Assembly (NCBI GenBank): GCA_043806595.1
Contig: JAZDGU010000018.1
Location: 1,400 to 65,399 of the forward strand
Direction: 5' to 3'
Origin: Candidatus Micrarchaeota archaeon
Lineage (GTDB): Archaea > Micrarchaeota > Micrarchaeia > Norongarragalinales > SBBD01
Length of the DNA stretch: 64,000 nucleotides
In this document: positions 46,666-55,587 of the stretch, one piece after another
Layout: each line of letters begins with the position of its first letter
How positions within the stretch are numbered: position 1 is the first letter of the stretch
Program-made: the position numbers and the translations under genes
The notes under the pieces: model-generated
The model's database searches: none
What the model saw: only the letters and a program-made list of their open reading frames with translations
Told to the model about the DNA's origin: nothing

Positions 46666-47447
46666 CTGCCGTGCGCGTTCCACACACGTTCCGCAGACGG
46701 CTCGGCGAATGCAAGCGCCTCCTGTGCGCGTTCGACTTCGACGGGACGCTCTCCGAGATCGCCCCCACGCCCGGGCAGGCAGCGGTATCCCGGGGAATGC
46801 GCGAGATGCTCGTCCGGCTGGAGGGGCTCGCCGACGTCGTAATCGTGAGCTCGAGGAGGGCGGGCGAGCTCAGGAAAAAGCTGCCTTTCCTCAGGCGCGC
46901 AGGATTCTACGGAATGCATGGGCTGGAGACCCCGCACGGCAAGCTGAAGGTGCCCCGGGGGCGTCTGGCCGCTGTCGAATCGGCAAAGGCGGAGGCGGCA
47001 AGGCTCATCGCACCGTTCAAGGGCGCATGGATAGAGGGCAAGGATTCCGGATTCTCGGTGCATTTCAGGGACGTCGCGCCCGCAAGGCAGGAACCGCTCG
47101 CGGAGGCGCTGATGCGGAAGATGAAAAGCAGGCGACTGCTGGTCTACCGCGGGAGGAAGGCGGTTGAAGTGCTCGCCCGGGGAAGCCCCACGAAGGCCTC
47201 CACGCTGCACTCGATTTCAAGACGATTGCCGCAGGGCACGCTTATGCTTTTCTTCGGCGACGACGAGGCCGACGAGGCCGCGTTCCAGGCGCTCGCACGC
47301 GAAAAGAACTTCGTAGGCGTCGCGGTGGGCAGGAAAAAGACGTCCGCGGGGCTGACCGTGATAAACCCGCGCGGAGTCGAGGAATTCCTGCGCTATATTA
47401 ATAACCTCCTATCGCTAACGAATCCGGCGGGAGGGCCGCCGGTGTGA
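46620..47447 (+). CDS. otsB: Trehalose-6-phosphate phosphatase (HAD)
   Basis: HAD motif I FDFDGTL and C-terminal GDDEADE. The true start is probably a few codons after 46665. Confidence 0.75.
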   Translation: MGLGFPEHGRQGKGLTAVRVPHTFRRRLGECKRLLCAFDFDGTLSEIAPTPGQAAVSRGMREMLVRLEGLADVVIVSSRRAGELRKKLPFLRRAGFYGMHGLETPHGKLKVPRGRLAAVESAKAEAARLIAPFKGAWIEGKDSGFSVHFRDVAPARQEPLAEALMRKMKSRRLLVYRGRKAVEVLARGSPTKASTLHSISRRLPQGTLMLFFGDDEADEAAFQALAREKNFVGVAVGRKKTSAGLTVINPRGVEEFLRYINNLLSLTNPAGGPPV

Positions 47448-47451
47448 AACG

Positions 47452-48810
47452 ATGCACGCGCTGAACAAGTACGCCGAGTTTTCGGGCCACGGGGTCATCG
47501 ATGCGATAAGAAGGGAGGCCGGCGACCTCGAGGGCAAGTCGTTCGTCCACGTCAACTCCACCTACTACGGGGGCGGGGTCGCGGAAATGCTCAACTCCTA
47601 CGTCCCGATGCTCAACGACGCCGGCGTGAGCATGGACTGGCGACTTCTCAAGGGCAGCAAGGAATTCTTCTTCATAACCAAGAAGCTGCACAACGCGCTG
47701 CAGGGAAAGCGCGAGATGCCGTCCGCGGAGGAAATCGCGGCGTACGAGGAAACTGTGGCGACGAACGCGAAGTTCTCGAACCTGCGGATGTACGACTGCG
47801 TGATCATCGACGACCCCCAGCCAGCGCCGCTCGTAAACCATTTCCCGAGGAGCTCGCCGGCGCTTTGGAAGCCGCTTCCGCTGCTGCTCGAGCTCGAGGC
47901 CTTCCAGCGCAGGCAGCCGTGGGTGTGGCGCGCGCACATAGACATGAGCAATTCCTACCCTCCCGCGCTCGAACTCATGCGGAAATACATTTCAAAATAC
48001 GACGCGGCCATAGTGTCCCTCCCGTCGTACGCGAAAAATCTGGGAAAGCCGTTCTTCGTCATCCCGCCGGCAATCGACCCGCTATCCGAGAAGAACAGGC
48101 CCATGACCCCCGATGACGCCGAGCGCCTGCTGGGCAGGTTTGGAGTCGATTGCAGGAAGCCGATCGTCGCCCAGATCTCGAGGTTCGACCCGTGGAAGGA
48201 CCCGCTGGGCGTCATCGCCGCGTTCAAGTCGGTGCGGAAGAAGGCGAAATGCCAGCTGGTCATGCTCGGCAGCCATGCCGCAGACGACCCCGAGAGCGAG
48301 ACCGTCTTCCAGCAGGTATTCCGCATAGCCGAGAAGGAGAAGGACGTGGCCCTGCTCACCGTGCAGAGCGACATGCTGGTGAACGCCCTACAGCGCAAGG
48401 CGAGCGTAATCGTGCAGAAGTCCGTGCGCGAGGGATTCGGGCTGACCGTCAGCGAGGCCCTGTGGAAGGGCACTCCCGTCGTGGCCTCGCGCGTGGGAGG
48501 CATCCCGCTGCAGGTCGACGACGGCCTCAACGGCTTCCTCGTCACCGGGACCAAACAGTGCGCGGACAGGATAAGCTACCTGCTGAAGAACCCGGCGACG
48601 GCGAAGGCGATGGGCGCCGCTGGCGCGGAAAAAGTGCGAAGGAACTTCCTCATGCCGCGGCTGGTCCTCGACGAGATCCGCATGCTGAAGAAGATGACCA
48701 AAGCGGGAAAGACCATACGCCCGCCAAAGGCGGTGGAAGCGTTCCTCGGTCTGCTAAAAAAGACCCCGCGCATCGTGCGCAGGGGGCTCAAGCTGCTCGC
48801 AAACGACTGA
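47452..48810 (+). CDS. treT: Trehalose glycosyltransferring synthase TreT (GT4)
   Basis: HVNSTYYGGGVAEML, DPQPAP, WRAHIDMS, QISRFDPWKD and REGFGLTVSEALWKG align across the full length with Thermococcus TreT. Confidence 0.8.
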   Translation: MHALNKYAEFSGHGVIDAIRREAGDLEGKSFVHVNSTYYGGGVAEMLNSYVPMLNDAGVSMDWRLLKGSKEFFFITKKLHNALQGKREMPSAEEIAAYEETVATNAKFSNLRMYDCVIIDDPQPAPLVNHFPRSSPALWKPLPLLLELEAFQRRQPWVWRAHIDMSNSYPPALELMRKYISKYDAAIVSLPSYAKNLGKPFFVIPPAIDPLSEKNRPMTPDDAERLLGRFGVDCRKPIVAQISRFDPWKDPLGVIAAFKSVRKKAKCQLVMLGSHAADDPESETVFQQVFRIAEKEKDVALLTVQSDMLVNALQRKASVIVQKSVREGFGLTVSEALWKGTPVVASRVGGIPLQVDDGLNGFLVTGTKQCADRISYLLKNPATAKAMGAAGAEKVRRNFLMPRLVLDEIRMLKKMTKAGKTIRPPKAVEAFLGLLKKTPRIVRRGLKLLAND

Positions 48811-48841
48811 AGGCACAGGACGGATTGGTGCAGGAGCGGGT

Positions 48842-50146
48842 TCAGACTATGCGCGGCCTCTGCTTGGAGTACCGGCCCTGCTGCCCGGGCTGCGGCCGCC
48901 TGCCCTCTGGAGAGCCCGGAGCCGGGGAAGCCGGCTGGACGCCTGCGGGCTGCGGCTGGTTCTGCGGCTCGGGCGGCCGGGGGGAGGCGTAGACGCCGAT
49001 GGTGGCGATGAGGTTCGTCGCAACGATGATGAGCAGCACGGCCTCGGCGAAATACGGAATCTGTATGCCTTGCGTCGCCGGGTAGGAAGCGAGAACCGCG
49101 GCGGCGAGGCCTCGGGGCAGCATGGTGGTGAGAACCAGCTTGTACTGCAAAAGCCTCCGGTCCAGCCGGACGGCCAACTCGACGCCGATGTAGCGCGCGG
49201 CGAGGACGGCCGCGAGCGCGACGAAGGCGATTACCCATGCGGCGGAAGGCAGGGAGAAGACGTTGAAGAGCGTTCCGAGGTAGACGAAGAAGAACGTGCG
49301 CACGAAGAACGTGATCTCCGTCTGGAAGGCGCGGAACGTGTCATCCAGCTTGAAGTCCAGCGGTATCTTGAAGCGCTCGGCGATGTTGGACGCGTTGCCG
49401 ACGGCGAGGGCGAAGACGAGGACGGCGATCGCGCCGCTGGCCCTGACGGCCTCGACGAAGGAGTACAGCAGGAAGATGGCGGCAAGGGAGAGCATGTAGG
49501 CGTACGGCTTTTCGGCCAGCCGCCTCAGCACGGATATCCAAGCTACGGCGGCCACGAGCCCCAGAAAGGTCGCAATCGCAAACGCACCGATGAACGAGTT
49601 CAGGGCAACGGAGAGATTCACCGAGTTGTGGGCGACGATGTCGAGGAGGGAAACCGCGACGATGATGGAGAGCGCGTCGGTCAGGGCGGACTCTAGGGCG
49701 AGAACCGCCTTTACCGATTCCGCGATGCGCATCCGCGAGACGATGCCGAGGACTATGGATGAAGACGTTCCTCCGACGACCGCACCCAACAGCAGGCCGT
49801 GCGCGAGCGGCCAGCCGAAGGCCGCGGCCATGAACGCGCCCATCGCAAGCACCGTCATGAAGAACGCGGCGAAAGTGAACGCGGTCGCACTGGAGAGTTC
49901 GTTGAGCACGCGGAAGAAGTCGAGGTTGATGCCGCCGTCGAACAGCAGGATTATCAGCGCTATCGTCCCGATGAACGGCGCGGCGGACGAGAACAGCGCC
50001 TCGTCGACGAGATGCAGCCCCGGGCCGACGAGGATGCCGAGGAGCATGAGCAGCAGCGCGTCGGAAATGCGCGTGCGCTCGAACACCGCCGAGGCGAGGA
50101 ACCCGACGACTATGATGACGCCGATGAGGGTGAAAAGTTCGAGCAA
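48842..50146 (-). CDS. Na+/H+ antiporter, NhaP/CPA1-like
   Basis: Polytopic (about 12 TM) with an exchanger-type TDA/ND motif region and a Pro/Gln-rich cytoplasmic tail. Confidence 0.7.
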   Translation of the reverse strand: MLELFTLIGVIIVVGFLASAVFERTRISDALLLMLLGILVGPGLHLVDEALFSSAAPFIGTIALIILLFDGGINLDFFRVLNELSSATAFTFAAFFMTVLAMGAFMAAAFGWPLAHGLLLGAVVGGTSSSIVLGIVSRMRIAESVKAVLALESALTDALSIIVAVSLLDIVAHNSVNLSVALNSFIGAFAIATFLGLVAAVAWISVLRRLAEKPYAYMLSLAAIFLLYSFVEAVRASGAIAVLVFALAVGNASNIAERFKIPLDFKLDDTFRAFQTEITFFVRTFFFVYLGTLFNVFSLPSAAWVIAFVALAAVLAARYIGVELAVRLDRRLLQYKLVLTTMLPRGLAAAVLASYPATQGIQIPYFAEAVLLIIVATNLIATIGVYASPRPPEPQNQPQPAGVQPASPAPGSPEGRRPQPGQQGRYSKQRPRIV

Positions 50147-50203
50147 ATCATTGCACCTGCCATGCCGTTAGCCGCGCCGGGATTTTAAACGTTTCACTGA
50201 ACT

Positions 50204-51145
50204 TCATCCTCCCCCGAGGAACTGGATAATGAAGAAAGCGAGGTAGCCGAAGATGAGGAGGAGGCCGTCGCGCTTCTGCAGGCCGCCGCGGATCACGATG
50301 AAATACAGGAGGACGATGTTGGCGATGACGGAGAAGACCACCAGCTGGACCGCCGGCGCGAAGGAAATCTGGGGGTTGATGACGAGCGCAGTGCCGAAGA
50401 CGAGGGAAAGGTTCGTGATGGCGCTGCCGACGGCGTTGCCGATGGCCATGCTCTCGCGCCTCTTGAGCGCCGAGACCACGCTCACGGAAAGCTCGGGAAG
50501 CGTCGTGCCGAGGGACACGATCGTGGCGCCGATGACGGTCTCCGCGACGCCCCACGTCTGGCTGAGCGCGATGGCGTTGTCGACCGCGACCTGCGCCGCG
50601 ACGATGACGAGCGCGATGAAGAAGCTGAACTTCGACAGCGGGGGCGCCAGAGAATGCAACGACGGGGGCGCGCGCTTGGCATCCGCACGCGCCCGGCCGC
50701 TGTGCACGAGGAGCCAGTAGACGTAGGCAAGGTAGACTAGGAGGAGCCCCGCGCCGGCAAGCCGGTTCGGGTTGTAGACCACCATCAGCAGGGAGATCAG
50801 GCTCGTCGCAAGAAGCACCATCACGAGGTTCCCGGTCTCCTTGCGCTTGATGTGGACGACGCCGAGGAATGCCGCGACTCCGACAACGAGGGAAACGTTG
50901 ACGAGGTTGGCGCCGAAGACGTTTCCGACGGACAGGTCGGTGGCGCCGCGGAACGCCGCCGAGACCGACACCACCAGCTCGGGAAGCGAGGTGGCGGCCG
51001 AAAGGAGGATGAAGCCGATGGCGAGGTCGCTGACGCCCAGCTGGCGCGCCAGCAGGGCCGCGTAAGTAGTGGTCTTCTCGCCGGCCTTGAATATGACGAC
51101 GACGCTGCCGGCAAGCAGGAGGAAAGGCAGAAACCACTCGTTCAA
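50204..51145 (-). CDS. Ca2+/Na+ antiporter, CaCA family (YrbG-like)
   Basis: Two alpha-repeats: SLPELVVSVSAAFRG and GNAVGSAITNL...TTLPELSVSVVSA. Confidence 0.8.
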   Translation of the reverse strand: MNEWFLPFLLLAGSVVVIFKAGEKTTTYAALLARQLGVSDLAIGFILLSAATSLPELVVSVSAAFRGATDLSVGNVFGANLVNVSLVVGVAAFLGVVHIKRKETGNLVMVLLATSLISLLMVVYNPNRLAGAGLLLVYLAYVYWLLVHSGRARADAKRAPPSLHSLAPPLSKFSFFIALVIVAAQVAVDNAIALSQTWGVAETVIGATIVSLGTTLPELSVSVVSALKRRESMAIGNAVGSAITNLSLVFGTALVINPQISFAPAVQLVVFSVIANIVLLYFIVIRGGLQKRDGLLLIFGYLAFFIIQFLGGG

Positions 51146-51211
51146 GGCAAATCAACCTTTAGGCGTTAGGCCGGAAGCTTATAAAAAACGGCGCTCTCTG
51201 CGGACGACGGG

Positions 51212-51706
51212 TCAGGCCGGCGGAACCCCGTCGGGCGATGCTGGTTCAAGCGGCTCGACAGCCGGAGGCTTGGGTTTGCGCAGGGAAGAGGAATAGTACA
51301 CCGCGCCGTCGACGCTGTCGAGGATGATGCACGAGAAGCCGCCGGGCACGGAGAAGATGCGCCGCCAGTTGGCCTCCTCCTCGACGCCGTCGCGGGAGAA
51401 CACGCGGAGCAGGAGCGTATTGTCCTCCACGGCGCGCAGGTCCGCGCCGGCGCGCTTGCCGAGGCCGACGAGCAGGTCGAAGTCGATGCTCCAGTAGCGG
51501 TCGTGGTAGTCCGCCCACTGGAGGTAGAGGATGCGGGACTCCGGGCGGGCGTTGCGCGCGATGATGCTGCACGCGAGCCAAGAGAGCCAGCGCGCGCTCG
51601 GCGAGCGCAGGGTCAGGATGCCGCCGCTCACGCCGAGCAGCGCGTCAAGGTCCGGCCTGCCGGTCAGCAAGCGTTGCATGGTCGCGGTTTCCGCGGTCGA
51701 GAACAT
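51212..51706 (-). CDS. RecA-superfamily (KaiC/RadA-like) fragment lacking Walker A, ending in the GAVYYSSSLRKPKPP tail
   Basis: LTGRPDLDALLGVSGGILTL resembles the KaiC N-terminus but has RSPSARWL in place of GxxGxGKT. A Walker-B-like IILDS follows, then the tail shared with the 37465-40035 protein. Confidence 0.35.
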   Translation of the reverse strand: MFSTAETATMQRLLTGRPDLDALLGVSGGILTLRSPSARWLSWLACSIIARNARPESRILYLQWADYHDRYWSIDFDLLVGLGKRAGADLRAVEDNTLLLRVFSRDGVEEEANWRRIFSVPGGFSCIILDSVDGAVYYSSSLRKPKPPAVEPLEPASPDGVPPA

Positions 51707-51995
51707 CGAGGTCGCACCTCATGCGGGTCAGCATCACCAGGAGGATGGCGACGCCGATGTCCGCCTCGTCCGCGGCGTCGATGGCGGTGCGCCGGTTGCG
51801 CGCGCGGGAAAGAAGCGAGTCGAAGGCCTCGCGCTCGTGCGCCGGCAGGGAGTCGCGCAGGCCGCGCCAAGAGGCCAGCTTGGAGTCGAGCCTCGCCGTA
51901 ACCGAAGGAATGCTCCTGCCCATACGCCCCCAACCCCGTAGCAGGGAAGCGTTGGGGCGGGAGGGTAATAAGGCCGTTGCGGGACCGCGTTTCCG

Positions 51996-53099
51996 GTGCG
52001 GTTAAAAAACTCCGCCGGGGACACTCTTTGCATGGGCTTGCGCGAAAGGGAGCTGGAAATCCGCGGGAAGCTGCGGCCGTTTGTCGAGAGGTCACTGGGG
52101 GACAAGACTCCGCTGGACACCAGGCACCCGCACGCAAGGCCGATAATAATGGAGCTGAGGAGGGTGCGCGACGGGAATGGCGTGCCGTACGCGGGCCACG
52201 GCACGTTCCGCGGCTACCTCGAGAAAAGGTTCGGGTACATGGGCCACCACGGCCTGGCATATATGCACCCGAGGGAAGCCATCGACTATGCGGAGAGGCT
52301 CGCGGCAATGATTCTGCCGAGGCAGGACCGCAGGAGGAGGAGGCAGCCGCTCAGGCCGGAGGACTGGAGGGTCTGGGATACTGCTAGAAGGATGCTGCAC
52401 GAGCACGGATGGTTCGACTTCCAGGAGCTGGCAAGGAACCACGGGGACCTCACGCGCACCCAGCTCGTCTACATCGTGGGCAAGCTCCAGCTCGCGAAAG
52501 TACTGGGAAAGGCGCCAAAAAGGCGGAGCGCGAGGAGGACGAAAGACAAGAGGAAGGCGGACGAGAAGCACGAACTATATAGGATGTACGAGCACCTCGT
52601 GCCCGAACTCGCGCGCCAGATTGCAAGGCGATACGGGGGCCTTTTGGAGAGGGACGAGATCGAGTCCTCTAACCGCATGGCGCTGCTGCGGACGGTAAGG
52701 AAGCTCGACAAGCGTGCAGCCGAGCTGAGGAAGGTGCAGTACATCCGGAGGGCGATGATCAACGCAGCAAGCAACCTCGCAAGGCATGCCGGAAGAGGCC
52801 GCGCGGACATGCATATCACCGGAAGAGACGGGGAGAATCTGCAGGAAGGGGGTTCCGCAAACGGCGCGGAAGATGTGACCCGGGGTCATGAGACGATGGA
52901 AGGAGTGCGGCAGCTGCTGGAGCTGCACCGCGCCGGAAGGATGACCGAGAACCACGTGCTGGCGCTGCTGCTGAACGGAAGGCACGGCCTGCAGGCAACG
53001 CAGATCAGGGGGATACTCGGAGGGGTTGGCAAGTCGCAGGCGTGCAGGATATTGAAGGAGGCGAAGGAGAGGAGCAGGGTAGGGCCAAGGGGGTCCTGA
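51996..53099 (+). CDS. Sigma-70 region 2 / region 4-like domain protein with unknown N-terminal domain
   Basis: YEHLVPELARQIARRYGG...DEIESSNRMALLRTVRKLDKRAAELRKVQYIRRAMINAASNLARH parallels sigma region 2 (invariant N retained). C-terminal ENHVLALLLNGRHGLQATQIRGILGGVGKSQACRILKEAKER parallels the region 4 HTH. Confidence 0.45.
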   Translation: MRLKNSAGDTLCMGLRERELEIRGKLRPFVERSLGDKTPLDTRHPHARPIIMELRRVRDGNGVPYAGHGTFRGYLEKRFGYMGHHGLAYMHPREAIDYAERLAAMILPRQDRRRRRQPLRPEDWRVWDTARRMLHEHGWFDFQELARNHGDLTRTQLVYIVGKLQLAKVLGKAPKRRSARRTKDKRKADEKHELYRMYEHLVPELARQIARRYGGLLERDEIESSNRMALLRTVRKLDKRAAELRKVQYIRRAMINAASNLARHAGRGRADMHITGRDGENLQEGGSANGAEDVTRGHETMEGVRQLLELHRAGRMTENHVLALLLNGRHGLQATQIRGILGGVGKSQACRILKEAKERSRVGPRGS

Positions 53100-53124
53100 A
53101 GCTACTGCGAACGCGGGGGAAGGC

Positions 53125-54039
53125 CTACCTCATGTGCAGCTCGAGGACGTCGCCGTCGCGGAGGACGTACGAGCCGGAGACGCGCTGGCCGGCGAACTTG
53201 CCGCCGCCCCACAGCTTCGCGAACTTGAAGTTCTTGAACATGTCCTTGTGGATGGCCTTGGCGACGTCGAGGACGGAAGAGCCGCGGCGGACGACGAACG
53301 GCTTCTGCATGTCGGTTTCGCCGTGCGGGTTCTTCGTGAACACGCGGATGATGTCGAGCTTCTCGACGAGGAGGCGCTTGAGCGCGAGGATGGAATCCGG
53401 GGAGGAGGCGTCGAAGACGAAAGCCGAGGAAAGCAGCCCGGCGGCGGGGTCCTTGAAGCCCGCGGAGAAGAAAGTCTGCTTGGAGATTACGGGCAGGGGA
53501 GAGGGCGCGTCCTTGAAGAACTCGAGCTGCCTGTCGAGGCCCTGCAGCGGGTCGAGGACGATGATGCAGAGGTCGGCGTTGCGCGCGACGCTGAAGAGGC
53601 GGGCCTTGTTGGCCGCCATCGCCGAGGGCAGGTCGAGGATTTGCAGCTGGACCTTCTCGAAGTCCATCATGCCCGGCGTCGTCTCCCGCGTCTCGAAGGG
53701 GACGGGCGTGCTCGAAAACTTGAGGCCGGTGAGGGCGTTGAACATCGCGGTCTTGCCCGCGTTGGGGAAGCCGAGGAGCGCGACCTGCGCGGCGCCCTGG
53801 CTCTTGACGAAGTCGCCGGCGCCCTTCCTGCCGGCCTTCTTCTTGGCCTCGAGGATCTTTTGCTTCTTGAGCGCGGAAATCCTGTTGCGGATGTCCATGA
53901 GGATGGAGTGCGCGGACTTGTGCTTGGGGCAGAACTTGAGCATCTCCTGCAGCGCCTGCATCCTGTCCTCGTAGGTCTTGGCGGAGCGGTAGCGCTCCTC
54001 CGCGGCGTAATATTCCGGGCCTGCGTTAAGGGAAGCCAT
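53125..54039 (-). CDS. Obg/DRG-family GTPase with C-terminal TGS domain
   Basis: G1 LLGFPNAGKT, G3 DLPS, C-terminal TGS (RDGDVLELHM). Start taken at MASLNAGPEYY. Confidence 0.75.
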   Translation of the reverse strand: MASLNAGPEYYAAEERYRSAKTYEDRMQALQEMLKFCPKHKSAHSILMDIRNRISALKKQKILEAKKKAGRKGAGDFVKSQGAAQVALLGFPNAGKTAMFNALTGLKFSSTPVPFETRETTPGMMDFEKVQLQILDLPSAMAANKARLFSVARNADLCIIVLDPLQGLDRQLEFFKDAPSPLPVISKQTFFSAGFKDPAAGLLSSAFVFDASSPDSILALKRLLVEKLDIIRVFTKNPHGETDMQKPFVVRRGSSVLDVAKAIHKDMFKNFKFAKLWGGGKFAGQRVSGSYVLRDGDVLELHMR

Positions 54040-54106
54040 TTGAACAGCCCACCTTTCCACTGCCTTTACCAGAATCCAATCCAAACTCGTTGGTTGATGT
54101 CCGCAT

Positions 54107-55312
54107 TTAACCAGCACCGCTTGGCCATCTCCCGCTTGCGAGCAGGACGTAATATCCGAAGAGCACGTAGGGGATAGAGTATTTGTTGCGTGATTTCTTT
54201 ACGAGGCACTCCTTTTCGATGAGGCGGTCAAGGTATGCACCGGCGTAGGGCGCGGATTTGCCGGTAAGTTCGGCTACCTCGCTGTTGGTGAATTCTGGAA
54301 TCGCGGCCTTCCCCTCCGGCCATTCCTTGGAGCTTGCTTTCACTATCGTGTTCAGGACTTCTTTTTCTACGTCGCTGAGCAGGCTGAACCGCTTTTCGAA
54401 GAGGCCTCCGCCGGCCCTGGCAACGAGTTCCTGCTGGAAGAGTTCGATGAAGGCCGCGTCTATTGCCTTGTTGGCTTCGTTGGCGCGGTCGTAGAGCACG
54501 TCGCACATGGCGTTGACTGCGAAGGGGTTGCCGTCGCTGAGCACGTGGAGGGCTGCGACGGCGTCTTTGGATACGGATATTTTGCAGCGTTTTTCCATGA
54601 GTTCGCGCAGGAACGTCTCGGTTTCCTGCAGGGAAAGGGGTTTGAGTTCGGTTGGAGGGAAGTAGCGGCCTATGGGGGAGTGGAGTTCCTGGATCTTGCG
54701 GTAGACGCCCATTTTTCCGGAGAGCACGACGGCGTAATTGCATTGTTTGGCCTGCAGTTCCGAGAACGTGTTCCTCAGGAAGGAGAGCGCGCCGTCGATT
54801 TGTTCGAGGCGTTCAGCTTCGTCGATTTCAAGGATAAGGGCGGGCACTCCGGCTTCCTTCAGCTGTTTCCAGAGTTCTAGCAAGTCGTCGGAGAGGTTGA
54901 GTTCGGGCGAGGCAGTGGCTTCGGGCTTCTTGAGCGAGAGCTCAAGGCCTTGGTACTTGACTTCTATGCCCCGCAGGGCGTCCAGGAGCTTGTTCTTGGC
55001 GCTTTCCTTGAGCGAGAGGAGCCGCAGCTGCTTCTGCATGGCGTCGAGGATTGCCATGGAGAGGTAGCCCAGCGTTTTGACGCCGTCGTGCAGCGCAAGG
55101 CGCACCACTACCACGCGGTCTTTTTTGCGTGCTATGGAGGAGAATTCGTCCAAGAGCGCGCTTTTTCCGATGCCTCGGTCGCCGATGACGGCCATGCAGC
55201 GTTGGTTGCCTCCGATGGTTTTCTCTATCAGGCGTTCGAACTCTTTTTTCTCGGCTTCCCTGCCAACGAAGTAGGCGGGCGGGGGCGTCAAGCGGAAGGG
55301 GCTGATTGCCAT
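54107..55312 (-). CDS. Archaeal ATPase (PF01637/AAA_16-like) with C-terminal wHTH
   Basis: FVGREAEKKEFERL...MAVIGDRGIGKSALL (Walker A) and Walker B LILEIDEAE. Start taken at MAISPF; the ORF-track extension translates the upstream repeat. Confidence 0.65.
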   Translation of the reverse strand: MAISPFRLTPPPAYFVGREAEKKEFERLIEKTIGGNQRCMAVIGDRGIGKSALLDEFSSIARKKDRVVVVRLALHDGVKTLGYLSMAILDAMQKQLRLLSLKESAKNKLLDALRGIEVKYQGLELSLKKPEATASPELNLSDDLLELWKQLKEAGVPALILEIDEAERLEQIDGALSFLRNTFSELQAKQCNYAVVLSGKMGVYRKIQELHSPIGRYFPPTELKPLSLQETETFLRELMEKRCKISVSKDAVAALHVLSDGNPFAVNAMCDVLYDRANEANKAIDAAFIELFQQELVARAGGGLFEKRFSLLSDVEKEVLNTIVKASSKEWPEGKAAIPEFTNSEVAELTGKSAPYAGAYLDRLIEKECLVKKSRNKYSIPYVLFGYYVLLASGRWPSGAG

Positions 55313-55322
55313 GCAGGGATTT

Positions 55323-55358
55323 GAAATAAACGAAATTAAAAGCCTTTGTTTATTCTGT
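55323..55358. repeat. 36-bp element GAAATAAACGAAATTAAAAGCCTTTGTTTATTCTGT (internal inverted repeat AAATAAAC/GTTTATT), copy 1
   Basis: Direct repeat with the copy at 55415-55450, about 85% identity, in an AT-rich intergenic stretch. Confidence 0.55.
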
Positions 55359-55414
55359 TTATTTGATGTTTTGACGGTTCGCACCAAGCCGAACGTACAG
55401 GCTCGATAAGAGGC

Positions 55415-55450
55415 CAAATAAACAAAATTAAAAGCCCGCGTTTATCCTGT
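55415..55450. repeat. 36-bp element CAAATAAACAAAATTAAAAGCCCGCGTTTATCCTGT, copy 2
   Basis: See copy 1. Confidence 0.55.
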
Positions 55451-55587
55451 AGATATTCATAATTGCCGGCTATTACGCCAAGTGGGGGCGGGCGGGCGCC
55501 GGAAACGAGGCCGCGGAAGAGTTGTTCCCGGGAGCGAAGAAGGAAAAGGAGGCGCCGGGGAGGGAAAAAACGGCGTAAAAGACGACC

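Noticed and set aside
51645-51923. 92-aa minus ORF overlapping the start of the RecA-like fragment, considered as an N-terminal extension via frameshift
   Set aside because: The RecA-like ORF already starts with a KaiC-like N-terminal motif, so fusing the two gives no better domain model. It was left as a possible spurious or small upstream ORF.
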